A stretch of 64,000 nucleotides of DNA from Antedon mediterranea (taxonomy: Eukaryota > Animalia > Echinodermata). The position numbers and the translations under genes were made by a program. Every line of letters starts with the position of its first letter. The stretch's first letter is position 1. The notes under the pieces are model-generated. The model saw nothing but the letters and a program-made list of their open reading frames with translations, was not told the origin of the DNA and searched no databases. Location: contig NC_092672.1 of assembly GCF_964355755.1 (NCBI RefSeq), positions 14,818,001 through 14,882,000 of the forward strand, written 5' to 3'. Shown piece after piece: positions 23,701 to 51,980 of this stretch.

Positions 23701-26700
23701 CCTACAGCCTGGTGAATAACTCGATGTAACTTAGTATACAGTGGTTGCAGTGATTGCCATGTCTATAAACACAAATAAGAAAATAGCTGTATAGTGTGGT
23801 ATGGTTTGTTAAGATGTAGCCTCATATATTTGCCTAATTGAACATACAAGACATAGGTCTATTTTTTATTTATACTGTATGCCATTAAATATAAACCTTC
23901 GTACATGAGAAAATGGTGGCGGTTTCATCGCTGTTGGTTGTCAACTAAATAAAAAAATAAATAAAATCCATTGCACAGGGGTGTCAATATTGATTTTAAA
24001 AGGGAATTCCCAGAAGTTATCGGTTAAAAAAACTGTTTTTTTACTGGTTTGCTTTTTCTAAAATCAGGTCTATTTTTTTACCCAACATAGCTAGACATTT
24101 TCAAAAGTGCAATTTCCAGCAACCTATTCCCAATCATGATGAGGTTTTGCAGACTCTTGTACAGTATACTTTATTTTTAAGATTGCCTAAAGCTTTTATG
24201 TTATTTTAGGCTTAAAAAAGTCTTGACTGCAAATTCAGAGGCAGTGTCACAAATGATGGAAGAACATGGAGACAAATCAAACGCTTGTAGAGATTTAGCT
24301 ACATACTGTGTTTCACTTAAAAGGTAAGTAGTGTGTTGAGAATAGGATTTTAGACAATTTTCCAACATGTTTAAATTTCCTTATCTCATGTACTATATTG
24401 ACTGTTGGTTCGGCCAATTATATGAATTTTTCTTTTTCTATTTTATTATTCATTTATTTGTAGTTTGAGAGTAAGAAACATGAAATTTTGTTATATTGAT
24501 TAGGTTCACTTTTTAGTTCCTGCCTCTTTATTTACAGTATGTCTTGTATGTACTGTATTTACAGTATGTCTTGTATGTACTGTATTTACAGTATGTCTTG
24601 TATGTACTGTATTTACAGTATGTCTTGTATGTACTGTATTTACAGTATGTCTTGTATGTACTGTATTTACAGTATGTCTTGTATGTACTGTATTTACAGT
24701 ATGTCTTGTATGTACTGTATTTACAGTATGTCTTGTATGTACTGTATTTACAGTATGTCTTGTATGTACGGTATTTACAGTATGTCTTGTATGTACTGTA
24801 TTTACAGTATGTCTTGTATGTACTGTATTTACAGTATGTCTTGTATGTACTGTATTTACAGTATGTCTTGTATGTACTGTATTTACAGTATGTCTTGTAT
24901 GTACTGTATATGTCTTGTATGTACTGTATTTACAGTATGTCTTGTATGTACTGTATTTACAGTATGTCTTGTATGTACTGTATATGTCTTGTATGTACTG
25001 TATTTACAGTATGTCTTGTATGTACTGTATTTACAGTATGTCTTGTATGTACTGTATTTACAGTATGTCTTGTATGTACTGTATTTACAGTATGTCTTGT
25101 ATGTACTGTATTTACAGTATGTCTTGTATGTACTGTATTTAGTTTTTGGCAATAAATAATAATATTAAATCAATAATGTACAGTATGGTTTTCCAGATGA
25201 TATTGTTACTCAGTTTTGTGCTCCAAGACTTGGTAAATATCTTCATAATATTGAGCTTTCACAATGGAACGGTAGACGAAAGGAGACAGTAAATTAGGCT
25301 GCAGGCAAAGACAGTCGTGACAATGAATGAAACGGAGTGTACTAGGTCTATATGCATACACAGTTTATTCTTTTGTATAAATTATCTCCTTTCAGTTCCC
25401 ATCCCGATGTGAAAGCTATTTACCTCCGCAGTATTTGTAATCGATCGCGTTTGTTTGTTAGCAGGATTACTCAAAAAGTTATTGCAGGATCTTTACGAAA
25501 ATGAAAATACAGATAGATTTGTGATCAAAGACCACTCCATTACATTTTAGAGGCAATCCAGACCAGGGTCCCAATTCTGGACCATTTTTTTAGTATTATT
25601 TTCAGACTTGCTTGTGTTAAAAATAAAAGATAGAGAATTTTACAATAAATTTGCAGTCTACGATTTAATGTGATCATATCTTCACAAGTATGTATCATAA
25701 TTAAACCAAATGTTAGTACTAATAAATTTCAGGTCATAGTTCATCATATGGAAATAAAATTACATGCGTAGCGCATATAACGCATGCGTACGATTTCTGT
25801 TTAATTGCAACCTTTGTTTAGTAATTTCATTATATTTTATTCAAATTAAAATTGACAGACTACGCACATGTAGGCTAAAAAATGATGAAAATATGCCTAT
25901 TTTAAAAATGAATATAGATTGTCAGAATGCTCGGGCAATTTTATTTTCTTAAAGTGTATGTATCATATTTATGATTTATTATGAAAATAAGAGAAAAAAA
26001 GTTGATTACGTCATCATTAATTGCATATTAAATTAAACAAATTTAATTTTGACAATCAAACTACAACATTTTTTTGGACCGAAATAACAAACTTAACATT
26101 AACCATCTTCTTTAAAATGTTTATATATTAACGTTGAAAGTATATACTTTGACAGTTCGTCATTTTTTTAAATGCTAATAGTCATCAAAGTAAACAATTA
26201 TGATTCATTGCAGTACTGTATGTACTGCATAGTAAATACGCCGAAGATTCTTTCTTAAACTTTTATTCAGGTGTGTATGTGGTTCGGTGGTCTGTGATCG
26301 CGTCTATAGCACTCGAGGTATCGAGATCGAGTCTCACATTTTTTATATTTGTATTGTTTGTTCAATTTTATTTCTTAGTGTATAAATTATACGCCTGATT
26401 TATAATGAAATCTAGAGAAACTTATGTCTTTATTATTATGGAACAAGGGTAGCTTATGACATATACACGCAGGGATCTTTGATCGGGTTGTTTTTATGCA
26501 AGTGGCTAAATGTGCAGTGATTTCGGCTATTGTATTTGCGCTACAAAGATCCTATCTTTCTGATATATTATAAATAATTAAAGATCATGACAAAATCAAT
26601 ATATCTTTTAAAAAATAAATTATCATTATTTAAATCAATGCATATAAACTATAATTCGTCATAGTGACGAATTAAATCTAGTTTGTGATTTGTAATTTAA

Positions 26701-29700
26701 AAACATAATTTGATTTAATGTACAGGTTTTTTGATAACAGAAGATTCAAAAACCATATTTCTTTTCAAATTCACTTGTTTATTTTTGCCGTTGTTCTATT
26801 GTTATTTTAGTCAACTGAAACTATTGTCAGATGAAGGGCTGGTTATATGTATAACCAATAAACTAAACTCGCATACACATGGCTGTAGTGAAATTAACCT
26901 AATCACACACAGCATTAGGACACATGTTTTCTGGAGAAATCTTATGTAGGAGAATTTTACAGTAGGCGGAGGTATACACTCTTGGATTCTAATTATTATT
27001 GAGACTTCTAAAACTATATTAATTATTATAGTTTTTTCTATAAATTTATCAGGGAATTTGAGAATGCAAAGTTGAACAAATTACATTTAAGAGATGAACT
27101 TTCAGCAACAAAGAAAGAACTGTCTGCAAAAACAAAACAGGTGGGATATATGAATTTTATATCAATAACTTTACACAATATAATAGTATAGTTTTTATTA
27201 AAAAGTATGAAAGTGATATTTTAGGTACTCTGGCTCATTATTTTACATTGTTTTGTTTTTGTTAAATGATATATATATAAAATTAAGGTTTTTAACCAAA
27301 AAAATAAAACAGCTGCTTTAGCCATTTTGGTGATGACATGGTAAAATAGATTTTGACGAGAGGAAAAAGTCCAACTAAAATGTCCACTTGTCGATCTCCA
27401 AGCATTTATTTTGTTCGTTATCATGTTGTTTACTTCAAGCTCCATCAACTTTGTCGTCGTCAACTATTGGGGAAATATTAGTAGTTAGGTAACTGTTTTA
27501 TTATAGGTGGTTGGGATTTGAGATTCAGTTTCAGGTTTTGATCGCATATTTCGTCCTAACGACCTTCGTTGAAGACCACAACCACTATTTTCTGTGCGGC
27601 CTGTCAATTTAAAATATTTTTACCATTATATATGTTTCATAAATATTTAATTTTGACTAAAGACCGATTCATTTGGCTAAATGGAAAATTTGGACTTTTT
27701 GGATAGATAAACTGATTTGACTAAAACAAATAATTTGACTTTGGCCAAATGGCTAAACAAAATGAAATGTTAGTGCTACCCCAGGCCTGTGTATGCTAGT
27801 TATGCTCTGGGCAGTTTGAATTGAGAGAGCGGAAAAGGAAAGGTGGCTGATATGAACTATTTAAGTAAAGTTGCCAAAATAAGATCAAATTTAAAATAGA
27901 GGCGATTGAACTTTTTAACCGATTCTTATGACAAAAACAAAGCTCAACTAACTTTATCTCCAAAATAGACCCTTGCTGAAACCTGCTTCAGAAAACACTG
28001 AGCCATCATGAAAAAAATTGAATAAGTAATTATAGTAGTAATTATAGTCCTCGCATATCACACATAAAAATGATTTGTTTTTTTTTATTACACAAACAGT
28101 TAAATGATTACAAAATAGGAACATTAAACAACCAGAAACAGATACAGTTATTAGAAGAAGAGGTGAGCTGTTTAGAAAAAGATAAAGAGAATTTAAAGAG
28201 GAAGATTCAAGTGCTACAACAGTCTGTGAATTCACCAAGTGGATCTAAAGGCGTTATATCAAGACTGCTTTTTGAAAGGTGAAGCATTTCAATCGGTGTA
28301 ATCAATATCCATTACACAATTATTGTGTATAATTCAATTTAGCTGAACATCAAGTTTTTGTTTTAAATTTTAAATCTTTTATGGCTTTTTAATTAGTCCG
28401 GCACCATTCAGCATGAAAGCCCCAAAACTTCAAGACCCAGGGGATTGGAGTGGAGATACAAGCATAGACCTTCCTTCACAACCGGGTAATCCAATGACAC
28501 CAGACTTTGTAAAGCCTAGTTTGAATATTGCAACCCAGAAAGAATGTAAAGAATTTGGTATTCCATTCATCAAGACTACGTCAATAGCAAATAGTCAGAA
28601 GGTAACATCTTTTTTTTATTTAGTTTTTAGAAAATTTGTTTAATGAAAGGTTAGTTTAACTATATTGAAAGGGTACGATTTATTTTATAAACATCAGTAT
28701 GGTTTTAGAAAGAAATATAGTCAAAATTATCTTTAAAATCTCAAAATAATCTCCAACATCACATAGCCTATGTAAATACGTGAACGTGATTGGTTGAAAC
28801 TGCATCACATGACTACCGCTGCGAGGATCGTATATATCCTCGAGTACGATGATATTGACTGAGTAATTTTCGCGTAATTATCGTGTCCCTGTCATTAAAA
28901 TATAAAATCCAGCAAATTCTCGAGTATGGTGATATTGACTGTGTAATTTTCGTGTGGCCACACAAAAGTCATCTACTGGGTCTTGAACTCGCGATTAAAT
29001 TGTCACTCCATCACAAGACAACGCTTCATGTAAACGACCTAGGCCTAGGTAAATATTTTATTGCCAAGGAATCATTAATTATCTGTATATTATTCTTTAC
29101 AAGGTAAGGTGAATGCAACTAGGCTAGGTAGGAGACGGGCTTATTACGGAGGCCTAGCTACACCCGACCCAGAAGTAGATATTCAACTTGTTGGCTATGT
29201 AATATAACAGATATCGCCTTTTATATCGCTAAAATATAAGATTTTACAACCCCTTGGGAATGATATTTTGTTCGAGGGAATAGATCATACACTGCCATTG
29301 TTCTATAAACTTAAAATTCTTGATATTTATAAATTAAACGAATTTTATGTTCTTAAATTTCTATATTTATCACAACCGAATACCACATTCTATTACTGAT
29401 TACTTACAAACTATTGATAATTCGTATAATACCAGATTAAATAAAACTGTTAATTTAACAAGAGATATCCCGTTTAGAAAAAAATTTGTTGTTAAACGAA
29501 ATTTATTTAATAAAAGAGTTCCACCTTATCACATTTAAAAAATTTGTATTATTTGCTATTTATTTATAGTTATCTTATTTTTCTTCATATTAAATAAGTT
29601 AAATTAATTATTTCAACATAATATGGCATATTTCTTAATTATACTATTTCTTATGCAACTTGGTGTTAAGCTTTGATTAGTTTCTTTTAACTAAATCTTA

Positions 29701-30736
29701 TCACTTTTTGTCAATGTTATGTTTGTGTTGTTTTTGTTGGCAATAAAAATCAGTATAGTATACAATTTGAGGCCGTTTTAATCAGATTTTGGGTTGCCAA
29801 CTTGAAAGCATACTTATATTATTTTGCTGCGGGCTATCTCTGTTTTACAATAATTGTTTTTAATTGCTAAATCTCGATTATAATCATTAAAAGATACAAA
29901 AAATAGGATTTTACTCTGTAATTGTTTACTCTTTATTGTTAATGCATTGCTTGATGGCCATGAATAGAACAATTCAATCTCTGTTATCAAGCTTCAATTC
30001 CACCAGGTTCTTCTGTATGCAATAAAAAAAACTTGATTTTATTTTTTCAGAGTGCACTGCAGTTGGTAGTTTGCTTACCATTTCAGTTTAAATAATTATA
30101 TTGATTCCTTATATAGTTCTAGCAATACCCTTTAAAATTCGGGGAAAAACCATGACAACAAAATACCCAAAATGTGAATAACACTATATGTCACTTGACC
30201 CTTACTTTAGACAACTTCTCTAAGATTGCGGAATTAATCTCTTCGAAATAAAAATAAATTGATCACATAAAGTAATTAATTTCTCTGAAATAGCAGAGAC
30301 AGAAAAAATGAATATAATACGAATTACATTGTTCTTTTAACAGAGGAAGAAGAGTGAAGAAGAGAACATGATTGCAGTTCTACGTACTTCAAGTTTATTC
30401 AATAACTCCAGGAGTCTTGGTGATAGTAAACACAAAGGATATAATGGTTTAGGTGGACATCATACAGTATTCACTTCTGTATCCTTTTATGTAGTGTTTA
30501 GAGCTTCAATATTTACTTCTGCATTGTTTTATCTTACACTGGCCTTAGATTTTAATATATTTTTCTCACAAATGGAAAATATAAATTATGTATATATATT
30601 CAGTTGAAGCTAATAACATCTCCTTAACTAAAATTACAAGAAAAAAAAATCTCAACAGAATTTGTCAAGACCATCTAAAAGGGTGAAAACTGGCAAAGAA
30701 CCTCCTTTACCAACATTACACAAGTTCATGTCCTGA
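20696..30736 (+). CDS. TRAIP: TRAF-interacting protein, RING E3 ubiquitin ligase (10 coding exons, 1314 nt, 437 aa)
   Basis: Exons 20696-20793, 20961-21096, 21211-21378, 23200-23294, 24210-24323, 27053-27140, 28100-28278, 28397-28601, 30344-30478 and 30641-30736 join in frame with GT-AG sites. N-terminal RING CVIC...CGHVFHEVC...W...CPHCR, then coiled coil. TRAIP-like motifs KQLKYL, LATYCVSLKREFEN, RLLFESPAP and KGYNGLGG. Confidence 0.92.
20961..21096 (+). CDS. TRAIP: TRAIP coding exon 2 (RING, C-half)
   Basis: LLKWIQTSPTCPHCRQTARLKNIVRLFFETDNDDDDDTLDPTKLK. Confidence 0.9.
21211..21378 (+). CDS. TRAIP: TRAIP coding exon 3
   Basis: DELDHVNAEL...TTNQALR coiled coil; donor GTAAGT. Confidence 0.88.
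21393..21727 (+). mobile_element. SINE with chimeric 5S rRNA + tRNA head
   Basis: 21393-21511 is a near full-length diverged 5S rRNA (TACGGCCATAC...GATCACCGAAGTTAAGC...GGATGGGAGACC...GGGTGCTGTA). It is followed by A box TGGTGTAATGG (~21525), B box GGTTCGA (~21565), a CCTTAGGCAAG core-like motif and an A-rich tail. Confidence 0.8.
21745..21950 (+). mobile_element. CR1-like LINE RT remnant
   Basis: Decayed frame LGV...INSKLTFHSHLDYVCSKAIKLLGFVSRC...LYKALIWP. Confidence 0.6.
21970..22893. mobile_element. TIR element (PIF/Harbinger-like MITE)
   Basis: Inverted repeats GTTCATATCGAACTTAGGGCGAGATAA at both ends and internal GGCGAGAT motifs. Extreme left terminus eroded. Confidence 0.65.
23200..23294 (+). 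CDS. TRAIP: TRAIP coding exon 4
   Basis: KQLKYLSIQGDEAKEAKKTATVLKEKLTHFE(R). Confidence 0.9.
24210..24323 (+). CDS. TRAIP: TRAIP coding exon 5
   Basis: LKKVLTANSEAVSQMMEEHGDKSNACRDLATYCVSLK(R). Confidence 0.9.
24529..25141. repeat. 27-bp minisatellite (~22 copies, two 18-bp deletion variants)
   Basis: Unit TATTTACAGTATGTCTTGTATGTACTG. It explains ORFs 24539-25159 and neighbours. Confidence 0.97.
25418..26992 (+). mobile_element. Helentron-associated non-autonomous element, family 2 (TTACCTCCGC...GGCGGAGGT)
   Basis: 5' TTACCTCCGC plus GTTT microsatellite; 3' subTIR GGCGGAGGT (26965-26973). Homologous to 45903-46440 and 63935-64000. Confidence 0.7.
27053..27140 (+). CDS. TRAIP: TRAIP coding exon 6
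   Basis: EFENAKLNKLHLRDELSATKKELSAKTKQ. Confidence 0.88.
28100..28278 (+). CDS. TRAIP: TRAIP coding exon 7
   Basis: LNDYKIG...LKRKIQVLQQSVNSPSGSKGVISRLLFE(S). Confidence 0.88.
28397..28601 (+). CDS. TRAIP: TRAIP coding exon 8
   Basis: PAPFSMKAPKLQDPG...TTSIANSQK. Confidence 0.85.
29285..29540 (+). mobile_element. L2/CR1 LINE 3' remnant
   Basis: LKILDIYKLNEF...YIYHNRIPHSITDYLQTIDNSYNTR. Confidence 0.55.
30344..30478 (+). CDS. TRAIP: TRAIP coding exon 9
   Basis: RKKSEEENMIAVLRTSSLFNNSRSLGDSKHKGYNGLGGHHTVFTS; donor GTATCCTTT. Confidence 0.85.
30479..30640 (+). other. TRAIP: U12-type (minor spliceosome) GT-AG intron
   Basis: 5' site GTATCCTTT. Branch box TCCTTAAC at 30621-30628, 12 nt before the end of the intron. 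No polypyrimidine tract. Splicing here restores the frame. Confidence 0.85.
30641..30736 (+). CDS. TRAIP: TRAIP coding exon 10 (last)
   Basis: KKKSQQNLSRPSKRVKTGKEPPLPTLHKFMS*, a basic tail with a PIP-like end. Confidence 0.82.
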   Translation, partial: KKKSQQNLSRPSKRVKTGKEPPLPTLHKFMS

Positions 30737-31215
30737 TATATAATGTAGTCATATCAATCCTGATGTAGTTACAGCTGTCGATCCAGTTTATATAGAAACA
30801 GAAACAACATTTACACTTGCTTCTAATGTGATGATGTCTGAGAATCTGCCATTCTATATATAAGCAGAAACTCAATAGTATATTGATGGCACAAAAAAGA
30901 ATCCTATGTATAGTATATAGTTTTTCAGTGCCATTATATTTATATTGTATTTAAACCATGTTTTATATTTTAATACTGTAGCTTGGAAATAAATTTTTAA
31001 AAGGTCAGTCTTTTGAAGTGGTTTTATCTTATTATTTTTTTTATTTGACTGGCAGCAGAGGAAACCTCTAAATGGCATCCTGTTCTCAATTGTTGGCACC
31101 TTGCTTTTTAATTTATATATTAATTACCTTACATCTGTTTTAAAGTTTTCACAATCGCTTAAGTTGTTCATCTCCTCTTCAGATGGGCTGATACAGTACA
31201 GAGAGTTTCTAATTA

Positions 31216-32185
31216 GGGCCTGTTCAGACTACGGAGTTATGCTTTCGTGTTGTACGCGGCGTACACGTCCATAGGTCTGAACCAGGAAAAGATTAGTGGA
31301 AGCCACCTCGTACGACACTGATATTTCGTACGCTACGAAAGCTCAAGGTATGAGTTTAGTGGACGTCGCTTACAATACGAAAGTCACGCATCGATGAATA
31401 TGACCTAGGTTAGATATCTAGCCAATCAAATTACAATATTCGCCACATCACATCGTGACATGTGCTCCTCATCGTATAGTCAAGCTGATCCATTTGTTGT
31501 GATCGGTGAACGTGCGAAAAAATCATACCTTTTGTTGTTACACTATACAGTATTATTAATATTATTATATTAATTAATTTTAAATGTCATCGAAGCGTGC
31601 GCATTGGCGAGAAACCGAAGTAAAATACCTTATTTCATTGTGGGGAAGCCCTGAAAGTGAAAAACTGGCCTAAAAGCACCGACAACAAGATGTCTGTGTT
31701 CAACGAGATGGCGGACACGTTAGCAGATGGGCCATCCTCATAAAGAAGGATTTAATATCCAAACGAAATTTAAGGGGTCATATAAAGCGGCGAAAGACCG
31801 AGTAAATAAATCTGGAGCCGGTGCAAGTACGGGATTTGAACATTTTTCTGCCATAAATGATATTTTAGGTCATAGACCAAATATAAACCCAAACCCCAAA
31901 ACGATCGGCTGGTTGGTATGCCTGACAACCAGTCGATAATGCCGAGCCCAAGTGTTCGGTCTAGGGCTGTAACTCCTAAACCAACCACTACTACTTTTAA
32001 TAACAACGAAGGTAGGTACGTCTATGCGTGTGTTAGAGTTTGGTTAATCGCCAGCGAGTGACATCATATCCGTTTGTAACGCAACTTCGTTGCAATGAAT
32101 CTGAACACTTTGCTCTTACGACGCTCATTAAAATATGACCTTGGCTGTGATACGAAAGCATAACTCCGTAGGTCTGAACATACCC
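31216..32185 (+). mobile_element. PIF/Harbinger deletion derivative carrying a decayed Myb/SANT gene
   Basis: TTA TSD on both sides; ~32-bp TIRs GGG(CC/TA)TGTTCAGAC(C)TACGGAGTTATGCTTTCGT. Frameshifted ORF from 31584: MSSKRAHWRETEVKYLISLWG...FNEMADTL...IQTKFK...SGAG...FEHFSAINDILGHRP. Confidence 0.85.
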
Positions 32186-33990
32186 TTAGTAAATGTAAGA
32201 TTTTTGTTTCTAAGGCAAATATAGATTTATGAACAATGGTTGAACTTGTTTTGACATTGATTTATTTTATAGCTTTAATGTATTTCAGAGTCAAATTTGT
32301 AAGTCTCTGTAATGTTGGTTTATGTTTTTGTGTCAAATGTGAATATATTTATTATTTTACAATGTTTAGATTCAACCTGTTAGTGGCGATTTTCATCGCT
32401 GTGGTGGTCAACTGAATAAAATAAATGTAATTATTGAAATTTGCCGTTAAACCTTTTATTCCAGCCCAATGAAATTACATATCAAATTGACATTGCAGCA
32501 GCATGCAAAAATAACTACTTAAAGTAATAATCATTCATTGCAATCTGTTATTAATACCAGAATATTACATAATATTCTGTAATTCATAATCTTGTATACC
32601 AATTAATATAATAGATATTTTACATTATAAACAATACTCTCACAAATTAAGTTTAAAAAAAATATATTGTGCACTGAGTCTAGAAATCTAAAATAGATGT
32701 ATGTTATATATAGATTTAACTTATGCTACTCAGTGGAACCTATTTTTGTTTTATAATTAACAGTGCCGTGAGATCATTCCCTTACATTGCTTGCATCCAT
32801 TGTGAAAAGCTTCCTCACACTTATGTAAAGACAACCAATACAAACACCCATTAACATTTTAGGTGTAATAAAAATATCTGTTTATATAAAACTATACTTC
32901 TATACCTGCAATTGTTGACGTTTGTAAAAATAATGAATTTATTATTTTAAAAACAAACTACTGTAGGTCATTCCTTGTCTTAAATGTACGTTCTATGGTT
33001 AATTATGTTAAGAGAGAAAAACAATTAGCGTAAAATTTATATAAACAAGCAATGAATTTCCTGAAGGGTAAATAAAGATAGTTGAATGTTCTTTCATAGA
33101 CTTAGTTTTGTAGGCCTAGCGGTTACATACAAACATCACACTCTAGCTATAGGCCTAGCCTGGTGTGGTCTTGTCGCTGAATTGTCCATCTTTTTCTTAA
33201 ATAATCTTCTTAAAGAAATAACTTAATTTTCACATTTTTAACCATTTAAAGATGGACAAATTATCATAATAGGCCCAAATAGTAGTATTTTACATGTGAC
33301 CTTAAATTAGATATAACAAAACCTAAGGTGAATTGATATAACATTCATCTATATATTAAACTACTGTAATAACAATATACACATACAAAAGAATTTGGAG
33401 GTGAGAATGGTTTACTGGATGTAGGCCATGTAATGTGTAGGCCTACGAGTAATTTTTTATTTTTCTTCAAAACCTGGCTACATAACCAAATAAACAGTAG
33501 ATGCATGCATAATGCAACAATAAATGGAGCTTGTCTAACGTAAACACAGTATCAAATTTCAATAATAAGACCAGAAAGCATTCAACTAAGTATTGTCAGT
33601 TTCATAATCTAACAATTTTACAGTCAATGAGACAGGTTTGAGTAATGATGTACAGTATAATTTAATGCCACTATTTTATAGCAATTAGAAAGATATGGTT
33701 CAACAAATGAGACTAAATAAGACTGAAGTCTAGACTAATAAGGAAGAGTTGTTTTTGTGTTTGATTTAAACAAAAAATTGCCTTAAATTATATTGAATAA
33801 AACATAAATAATAAAATAAAAACTAAAACAAATACCATAAAAGTATAGTGTATAAGAAACATAACTATTTGAATAAATACCTAAAATTATTTACATATCA
33901 CAACATACAGACTGGACAGAGAAACATAATGTAATATATTGTTATTTTACAGAAAAACTAACATCATCTTTATCACGACAGTATTTCGCA

Positions 33991-49733
<15,743 letters not shown>

Positions 49734-50350
49734 TTTTATTCTATGGAATAAAAAATAACACATCATCTAACAACTTCAACAAAACAGGGACATATCCAGG
49801 ATTTTTTAATAGGGGGGACCCAGACACATATATTAAGTTTTTAATGGAAATTTTAAAAAAATTGATCCAATAGAATGATAGAAGCAAGTTTTAAGTAAAT
49901 TATTCCTTATTTTTATAAAAATTGCTGTACTTCAATACGTAAATGTGGCATGTGTCAGTTTTTTTTTACAAAGCAAAATATGTAACCAAATCAATCCAAT
50001 CTCTGCGAAATTGAGACAGATTTTGATTGTTACAAGTACAGGCCAAAACTGTTCCCATCAGATGAAATTTAGTAAATGGTTGAGACATGTATGCATGGTA
50101 CTGGGTAAAAAGACAAACATGCTTCTAAGAAAATAGAAACTTTTGAATATTGTTTAAATTGCTTCCATGATGATGGCCTACATTGATGTCAGAAAAGTAA
50201 AATTTAAAAAATAGGCAGGCTATGAATAATAATTAATCAGGGAAAGAAAGCACCAAATTTAACCTGGTTAAAGTTGATATTGGTTGTTTGTGCAGAATGC
50301 CAGCTCAATTTTCTCTCAAAACAAATCATTATTGACCTTAACTACATTAA

Positions 50351-50751
50351 CAGACCTGCCAACTCACATGATGATGTTGGGTGTCACCCGATTTTAAGGC
50401 CAATCTTCAGTTCACCAGAGTTTTCTGATTTTATCATAATTTTCCCTTATACTAGTGGTTTCACAAATTTAATACAAAATAATCCGATTTATGAAAACAT
50501 TTGTTATTGTGTAATGTATTCATATTTTGCTAACTTCGCGACAAAATGAACAAGCCATTTTCAAATTGAAGCTCGCCATCAACAGTCTATCCAACAGATA
50601 GAGGCCAGATATTAGTTGGTTTGTCTTGTGTTTTTTTAGTATTTTCCATCGTTATTCATGAAATCTCCATTTTTTGTGTTAAATCTCCAAAATTTGTTGA
50701 CAACTTCTAAAAATTTGTCAGATTTTTATAACCCAGGGGTTGGCAGGTCTG
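50351..50751. mobile_element. hAT-like MITE
   Basis: TIRs CAGACCTGCCAAC / GTTGGCAGGTCTG; flanks CATTAA / CATCAA. Confidence 0.7.
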
Positions 50752-51289
50752 CATCAATGGACACAATGGATGGAACCATACTAGTGTATAATGGATAGGT
50801 CTAGAAGTAAGATTCAGAAATAAAAGCATTAATCACCATGAAAGGTAGATTGTCTCATTGCATCAAGGATTTGGCGTACTGGCCGGCCGTCATTGTGTTA
50901 TTAAGACCTGCCAGCACAGTAAACAAAATAAATGCATGAACACTTTTCCCAGATTTTATGCTTTTGCTAAAATGTTTATTGATAATCCTAAGTTTTTGTC
51001 TTGTAGTAATTAGTCAATACAGTTTATTTTATGCTAATTTAAAAAAAAAAATTAAAAATTTGCCAGTTTTGCAAAAGCAGATTTTACATTAACGTGAGCG
51101 TAGTATATCACACGTAGAGACAACGTTAAGAAAATGAACGAAAATGCACCCATGAATATTAAGTAAAAAAGGTCAGGTCATTGGAGAGAGAGGTACAGTA
51201 GATACACAATTGATATCTTTAAATTGTGTATTTTTTTAACAAATTTATGTCAGTTTTGGATATAAATTGTGTCGTAGCTGTGTCCAGAT

Positions 51290-51980
51290 GATCTATTTTT
51301 AAGGCAGTTGGTATTACTGTAGAACCAACCCGCTTTAGAGGGGTCAGATATCGAATATTGACTTATGGATTACAAATATCCCAGAAATATGCAGTGATAT
51401 TGAAGTGAGACCACCTCTCTTGGAAGAAATGATCATGTTATTCTTAATCTCGAGGCAGCAGTTTTACTTCAGGATGAATGTGATGATAATATCATGGTCA
51501 CTATAATAAAATGAGGTCCTTACTTAATGAGGTTAATTGGACAAATGACTTCTCTGAAATGAATGGTATCGATTCGTGGGAATATTTCCACTCAATTCTT
51601 ACTAGTTGTGTAGAAGCATGTGTCCTATTTAAATATAAAGAAAAAAATTATTTCCTCAATGGATGATCTCTGAGATCAGAAATCTTTAGGAAAAAAACGT
51701 AGAGCTTGAAATCTTATAAGGCAATGAACAAAAATACTTTGAATAAGGACGACTGCCATAGATCTTTCAATGAAATTATAAATAAAGTTACAAATGTAAA
51801 GAGGCAAACAAAATCAGTCTTTGAAAACAAATTAGTTTTGGTGGTAAAAACTAAGACTTTTGGATTCATATCAAAAGTAAAAATTTAGATGGATCTATGG
51901 CTCAGAGTGATTTTGACAAGGCTGAATTATTGAGCGATTTCTTATATTCCACTTTGGGAGATCAAATATTGCATTCAATA
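51290..51980 (+). mobile_element. Decayed CR1-like LINE (endonuclease/linker region)
   Basis: Fragmentary EPTRFRG...IL(D)L...TN...IEVRPPL-G-NDH and later SDFDKAELLSDF motifs. Confidence 0.55.

Noticed and set aside
24539-25159. 200-aa Cys/Tyr-rich ORFs (MSCMYCIYS)n
   Set aside because: Artefact of a stop-free 27-bp minisatellite inside a TRAIP intron.
30051-30180. Extra TRAIP exon(s) after acceptor-like AGs at 30050, 30116 and 30122
   Set aside because: Phase-compatible frames hit stops, and exon 28601 joins 30344 in frame without them.
32383-32460. Overlapping TRAIP/ACK1 3' UTRs from back-to-back AATAAA signals
   Set aside because: The + strand AATAAA belongs to a repeat tail also seen at ~23912-23952. 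A nearer AATAAA exists at ~30988, and this cannot be resolved without 3'-end data.
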